Part shown: positions 61,301 to 64,000 of the stretch, piece after piece
Layout of the letters: the number at the start of each line of letters is the position of its first letter
How positions within the stretch are numbered: position 1 is the first letter of the stretch
Origin: Tubulanus polymorphus
Taxonomy: Eukaryota > Animalia > Nemertea
DNA length: 64,000 bases
Assembly: GCF_964204645.1 (NCBI RefSeq)
Contig: NC_134029.1
Location: forward strand, 22,128,950 to 22,192,949
Reading direction: 5' to 3'
Notes under the pieces: model-generated
Database searches by the model: none
What the model saw: only the letters and a program-made list of their open reading frames with translations
Told to the model about the DNA's origin: nothing
Made by a program: the position numbers and the translations under genes

Positions 61301-64000
61301 GAAAAACGACCGGATATTTACGCGATCGCGGTCGGATATTCGGGTCAATTGAAAAGTAAAAAGAGCACGTGGGTCGCCGAACAAGATTTCCATATCAAAG
61401 ACGTGAAGGAGGCGCCGAAACTGTCGACGGTGAAAACGACGAAGACGGTCGTCGAAAACGGAACGTCTGCCTCCTCTTCTTCGAAGGAGAACAGTCACTC
61501 GAAGAAGGATGATGGTTAGTGTTGTAGTTCGATTTTTGCAGCGGATTTCCGCCTAAAAAACGATGACGTATCTTGATCGTTTGTGTTGTATTTTTAGTTA
61601 AAGATCGCGATGGAAAAGCGAAAGAAGGCAAGAAAGCGTCGGAAAGTAAACCGTCGGTGAAAACTGAAAACAAAGCGCATTCTTCGAGTAAATCGACGTC
61701 GAACAGCGTCGATTCTAAAGTCAACATTCGCGATATGAAAAAGGAGCCGTCGAGGTAAATATTCACATTATTGAAAAAATGCTTTCTCTTCGAAACAATA
61801 ACTCGGCGGCCCGAGCTAGTCAAATAGAAGTCGCCACCTTGATTATCGGTATTCACTACAATTGTTAATCAATTTTTAGTTCAAATTCCAAGTCGTCGAG
61901 CAGCAGTAGCAAGGAGACGAGAGAGAGAGGAGAGGACAGGGCAAAAGTTAAACGTGAAGCCGAGGATCGACCGCAGAAAGAACCGAGAGATAAAGAACGT
62001 GGTGGTCACGGCGATGGTAAGGAGGACCGAAAATCGAGTAAGTTTTTGTCGAGAGAAACTCGACAAATTTTCACTTCGGTAATTTAGCTACGACTAATGA
62101 TTCCATTTTATATCATCGACAGGCGACAAAGAAAAGTCTCACAGTCGCGAGAAAGAAACGAAGGCGTCTCGACAAGAAAAGAAGAAAGAAGCTCGTCGCG
62201 AAGAGAAAGAGCGCCGTAAAGAAGAACGACGCGAACACGAAGCGGAACGCGATAAACATCACACGTCGACGCGCGACGATCATCCGCATAAACAACAATC
62301 ACTGGACGATCGTTCTCCGAGCGTCACTTCTATCGGTAGTCAGAATTCTCATCGACGCAGTGTCGAAAATTCACCTCGAAATATTGAAGATAGAGATAGA
62401 GGTAAACATGATTCACTCGCAGAGTTCATACCGCGTCTCTTTACATATCTTATCATAGAAGAATGTAGAATTGGTCGGTGGTTTTGTAATTATTCCAAGT
62501 TCGACATCACTAATGTTTAAAACATTTATTTCAGATCTTAAAAGAAGAAAACTTGATACGACTAAGGTAGAATTTCAATTCTAACGCTGATATATTCTAT
62601 TATATTCACCTATCCTTTATACCTTCCCTTTCTCGCACACCTAACCGTAAATCAAACTTCCTCTTACGATAGCTTTTCGAATTCATTTGATTACAGGAAG
62701 ATGATTTGTCTGGTAAAGATATCGATCTGAAGGTATGTGTCAAATCTGTCCCCGTTAATCAATCAGCTCTGAAACTTGATTCTGTGAATTCCTCCTCTAT
62801 TCTGTATCCTCCACGTGGCTGGTGATGGTCGAGTTATAATGCTATTTAAGTACTGGACATAAACATAGAGGTTTTATACATGAACTGTATTTATTTTCTA
62901 AAGAGTCCTCAATATGAGAAAGAAAGAGATCGAGACAAGGAAAGAAAGTTAGAGAGGAAAAGGGTATGTTTCTTGAGTCTGATCCGTGTTTACAGTAGAC
63001 TCCGCTAGTCGATTGATAGAATTGGATTGTTTCAAAAGAAATCACCAATATCTCTGAAATTTGAGCTCAATTTGGGGCTAACTAGAATTGATATAACTCT
63101 ATTAGGAGCTGAGAAGAATTTTTACACAGTCCTTACCGAGTCAATTAGAAAATACTGAATGAATAGTTACAATCGTGTAACGTTTATGTTGAAACTTAGA
63201 AAAACTTATCTTATTAATGAGCATTTTATTCAATTATCATTCTTATTATGTAACATAATGATAATTATGTTAGATAATAATTATTATTTAATGCTCTTAA
63301 ACGCGGTACAGAGAATAAGATGATAACGATCGATCATAATCAATCAACGTAATAAACGCTGTTTTCAGGATCGTTCATCGGATATTGAAGCGATTGAAAC
63401 GAAACGCCGGCGGAACGATGAGGCGTCCACTTCAATATCATCTACTCCAGGTATGAGTCGTTCGTACGAAATGAGACATAGAAATTTGACATTATTTTCA
63501 TTACGCCGATTCGTTCTGGTTTTCGTTGACAGGTGGAAGGTCGAGTAAAACGAATGGAGACAATATCAGCGGTACAGAAACACCGCATTCGATACGAGAT
63601 AAAGAACGTAGTCGCGATAAAGCACACGACAGATCGTATTCTGAGAAAAATGAAGACAGAAAGATACACGTTAAAAAGGTATGAATTTAGCATCGCGATG
63701 TTGATAACCGGTTGGAAGTATGTTTCTGACCTTTATACCATCCAACTGGGATATATATCAAGACATAGCAATTTTCATGGTCCATAAAGATCCCGCTGGT
63801 CTCGAGTCTATTGTATTACTGTACAGTCAACCCCTGATATACTACTGCCTACATTTCTGTTCCCAGAAAAAACCTGTTGTTTTATCGGGGGTTGACTGTA
63901 AATGCAGATGGTTAATCTACGTATCTCCTGTTACCGGTAGTAAAAGACGTTTTTCATTTTTTCAGGAACCAAAAGATCACGAATCGCCTCGAGACAAAGA
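8594..64000 (+). CDS. THOC2: THO complex subunit 2, multi-exon, 3' end beyond window
   Basis: Exons: 8594-8658, 9200-9362, 9733-9784, 11435-11505, 12263-12384, 12465-12577, 12681-12841, 13562-13657, 51281-51439, 54410-54582, 54910-55108, 55221-55384, 55675-55776, 55868-55952, 56037-56130, 56212-56292, 56394-56490, 56899-57016, 57105-57284, 57813-57977, 58053-58118, 58541-58635, 58720-58846, 59181-59322, 59631-59791, 60244-60372, 60552-60749, 61220-61514, 61598-61754, 61880-62037, 62123-62401, 62535-62566, 62697-62732, 62904-62963, 63369-63450, 63533-63678, 63966->64000. Diagnostic peptides: [106 protein letters not shown], then a charged K/E/R/D/S-rich tail. Tail exons are less certain. Confidence 0.96.
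8881..9011. mobile_element. MITE with PIF/Harbinger-like terminal inverted repeats
   Basis: GGGCCCGGTTTCAC ... GTGAAACTGGGCCC termini, 131 bp; target-site duplication not preserved. Confidence 0.5.
9817..11120 (+). mobile_element. Possible solo LTR in THOC2 intron 3
   Basis: TG...CA ends, near 5-bp duplication ttttc/ctttc, AATAAA ~75 nt before the end, (GA)n near the start, no ORF; it accounts for most of this intron's length. Confidence 0.4.
13741..13780. repeat. (TA)n microsatellite
   Basis: Pure AT dinucleotide run. Confidence 0.95.
14655..15056. mobile_element. Non-autonomous DNA element copy related to 59882-60167, with a different internal segment ending in a pogo-like TIR
   Basis: Shares gattcctt-aaaactc, aaactccttcaattt, tagaaatttttgtctagtt, acagtaaact and the terminus gaatgactgatctgtagggaccctg with the 60-kb copy; gaggagtcgactgta at ~14943-14957. 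Confidence 0.6.
15667..15893. repeat. 28-bp minisatellite, ~8 copies
   Basis: Unit GTATCGGTAGCACCTCCTGTCGCT(C/G)GGT repeated head to tail. Confidence 0.95.
18934..25914 (-). CDS. Class A aminergic GPCR, 5-HT2 receptor-like (~502 aa), nested antisense in THOC2 intron 8
   Basis: Coding exons 25914-25647 and 20174-18934, joined by a phase-1 GT-AG intron; total 1509 nt. [86 protein letters not shown]. Three N-terminal N-glycosylation sequons, long Ser/Arg/Gln-rich ICL3, C-terminal PDZ-type TLV. Confidence 0.92.
25546..25621. repeat. Short inverted-repeat element of the GCCGCGATCGC(A/G)C...GTGATC(A/G)CGGC family (also 26709-26767 and partial 28351, 50330-50375)
   Basis: Shared termini and internal cgggccaaatc motif across several dispersed copies. 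Confidence 0.6.
25915..26349 (-). other. Probable 5'UTR portion of the GPCR ATG exon
   Basis: Minus-strand acceptor ttctatttgcag at 26350-26361 suggests further non-coding exon(s) upstream. Confidence 0.45.
28893..28964. repeat. (TA)n microsatellite
   Basis: Long pure AT run. Confidence 0.95.
29378..29655. repeat. Element with three degenerate subrepeats (aaacttatcaat..agctgccatggcagcc)
   Basis: Motif recurs at ~29385, ~29513 and ~29606. Confidence 0.5.
30762..31049. mobile_element. piggyBac-type MITE, 288 bp
   Basis: TTAA|CCCTTTCAGTGC ... GCACTGAAAGGG|TTAA; internal ACACCGCAGTGCGGTGT palindrome occurs three times. Confidence 0.85.
31660..31701 (-). ncRNA. Minimal type I hammerhead ribozyme (Penelope-like element remnant)
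   Basis: Minus strand CCAC-CUGAUGA-U-GGCUGUU-AGUC-AACAGCC-GAAA-CGUU-GUGG: intact core, 7-bp stem II, 4-bp stem I, palindromic loopless stem III, AATAAA just downstream. Confidence 0.8.
33751..33941. mobile_element. MITE-like element with CAGGGG(T/C)GGAT termini
   Basis: CAGGGGTGGATTTAG ... CTGGATCGGCCCCTG imperfect TIRs; no clear target-site duplication. Confidence 0.45.
35104..35389. repeat. Degenerate tandem repeat, 5 units of ~50-65 bp
   Basis: Unit tagctttcctaacagaatatagcccagacc(..)gagtcaaatttagcc with variable internal (AGACC)n. Confidence 0.85.
36258..36330. repeat. Interrupted (TA)n microsatellite
   Basis: AT runs with CA interruptions. Confidence 0.85.
37831..38607. repeat. 25-bp minisatellite, ~31 near-perfect copies
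   Basis: Unit CACTAGCACTTACTGAAATAGTAGT head to tail, with only scattered substitutions. Confidence 0.98.
39666..39716. repeat. (GCGG[T/C])n pentanucleotide repeat
   Basis: gcggtgcggtgcggtgcggcgcggt... Confidence 0.85.
40067..40117. repeat. (GACTGGAG[GAG])n short tandem repeat
   Basis: gactggaggactggaggaggactggaggaggactgg... Confidence 0.85.
42938..43224. mobile_element. piggyBac-type MITE, diverged second copy, 287 bp
   Basis: TTAA|CCCTTTCGGT ... GCATTGAAAGGG|TTAA; colinear with 30762-31049. Confidence 0.8.
43311..43342. repeat. (TGC)n microsatellite
   Basis: tgttgctgctgctgctgctgctgctgctgctg. Confidence 0.9.
51556..51745. mobile_element. CAGGG-terminal MITE with ~5-bp target-site duplication
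   Basis: ccggatggcc ... gtggccatcctg termini, flanks tccac/tctac, internal ggaaa/agggaaattt repeats. Confidence 0.55.
52030..52340 (+). repeat. Dispersed repeat family copy (related at ~4160-4475, ~35430-35600 and, inverted, ~32460-32700)
   Basis: Shared core tgtggcaa..cttccagaac..accagtgc-aaaa..ggcac/gggcc..atttg(g/a)cc. Confidence 0.55.
52410..52738. mobile_element. MITE with CATGGTTCCCAC terminal inverted repeats
   Basis: CATGGTTCCCAC ... GTGGGAACCATG, internal ttgggaa repeats. Confidence 0.7.
56131..56211 (+). other. U12-type (minor spliceosome) GT-AG intron of THOC2
   Basis: 5' site GTATCCTTT, branch point TTTCTTTAAC ending 11 nt before the intron end, no polypyrimidine tract; removal restores [17 protein letters not shown]. 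Confidence 0.9.
56499..56589. repeat. AT-rich 17/20-bp tandem repeat
   Basis: tacatgtgtattattat(tg) repeated five times. Confidence 0.85.
57343..57766. mobile_element. pogo/Tc1-like MITE, degenerate
   Basis: tactgtcaacctcggttaat ... attaaccgaggtcgta inverted termini. Confidence 0.5.
58281..58513. mobile_element. CAGGG-terminal MITE with perfect 5-bp target-site duplication GTAAT
   Basis: gtaat|ccgggtggccac ... gtggccactctt|gtaat; related partial copy at ~58870-59087. Confidence 0.7.
59882..60167. mobile_element. CAGG-terminal MITE with ~5-bp target-site duplication
   Basis: tacag|caggctcctac ... gtagggaccctg|tacaa. Confidence 0.65.
63824..63898. mobile_element. 75-bp pogo/Tigger-type MITE
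   Basis: TA|CAGTCAACCCCTGATA ... TATCGGGGGTTGACTG|TA, with TA target-site duplication. Confidence 0.8.

Overview
Intron-rich animal genomic DNA; an invertebrate bilaterian, probably a lophotrochozoan (inferred from protein divergence and repeat content). Three protein-coding genes can be reconstructed by hand with GT-AG sites and consistent phases. (1) A complete ALKBH8 on the minus strand (10 exons, 916-8331, ~681 aa). (2) THOC2 head-to-head with it on the plus strand (ATG 8594, at least 37 exons, running off the window end), with a 37.6-kb intron and one U12-type intron. (3) A two-coding-exon 5-HT2-family-like aminergic GPCR (~502 aa) nested antisense in that large intron, with several unusual substitutions (W6.48Y, E6.30G, Y6.55, E7.39). 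ALKBH8 intron 1 holds two apparently identical U2 snRNA genes in a ~1.14-kb tandem duplication plus a decayed third fragment. The introns also carry a minimal type I hammerhead ribozyme of the Penelope type, piggyBac-, pogo-, hAT- and Harbinger-like MITEs, a possible solo LTR and several mini/microsatellites. There is no CRISPR array and no rRNA or clear tRNA. Coordinates were counted by hand and may be off by a few nt; no database searches were run.
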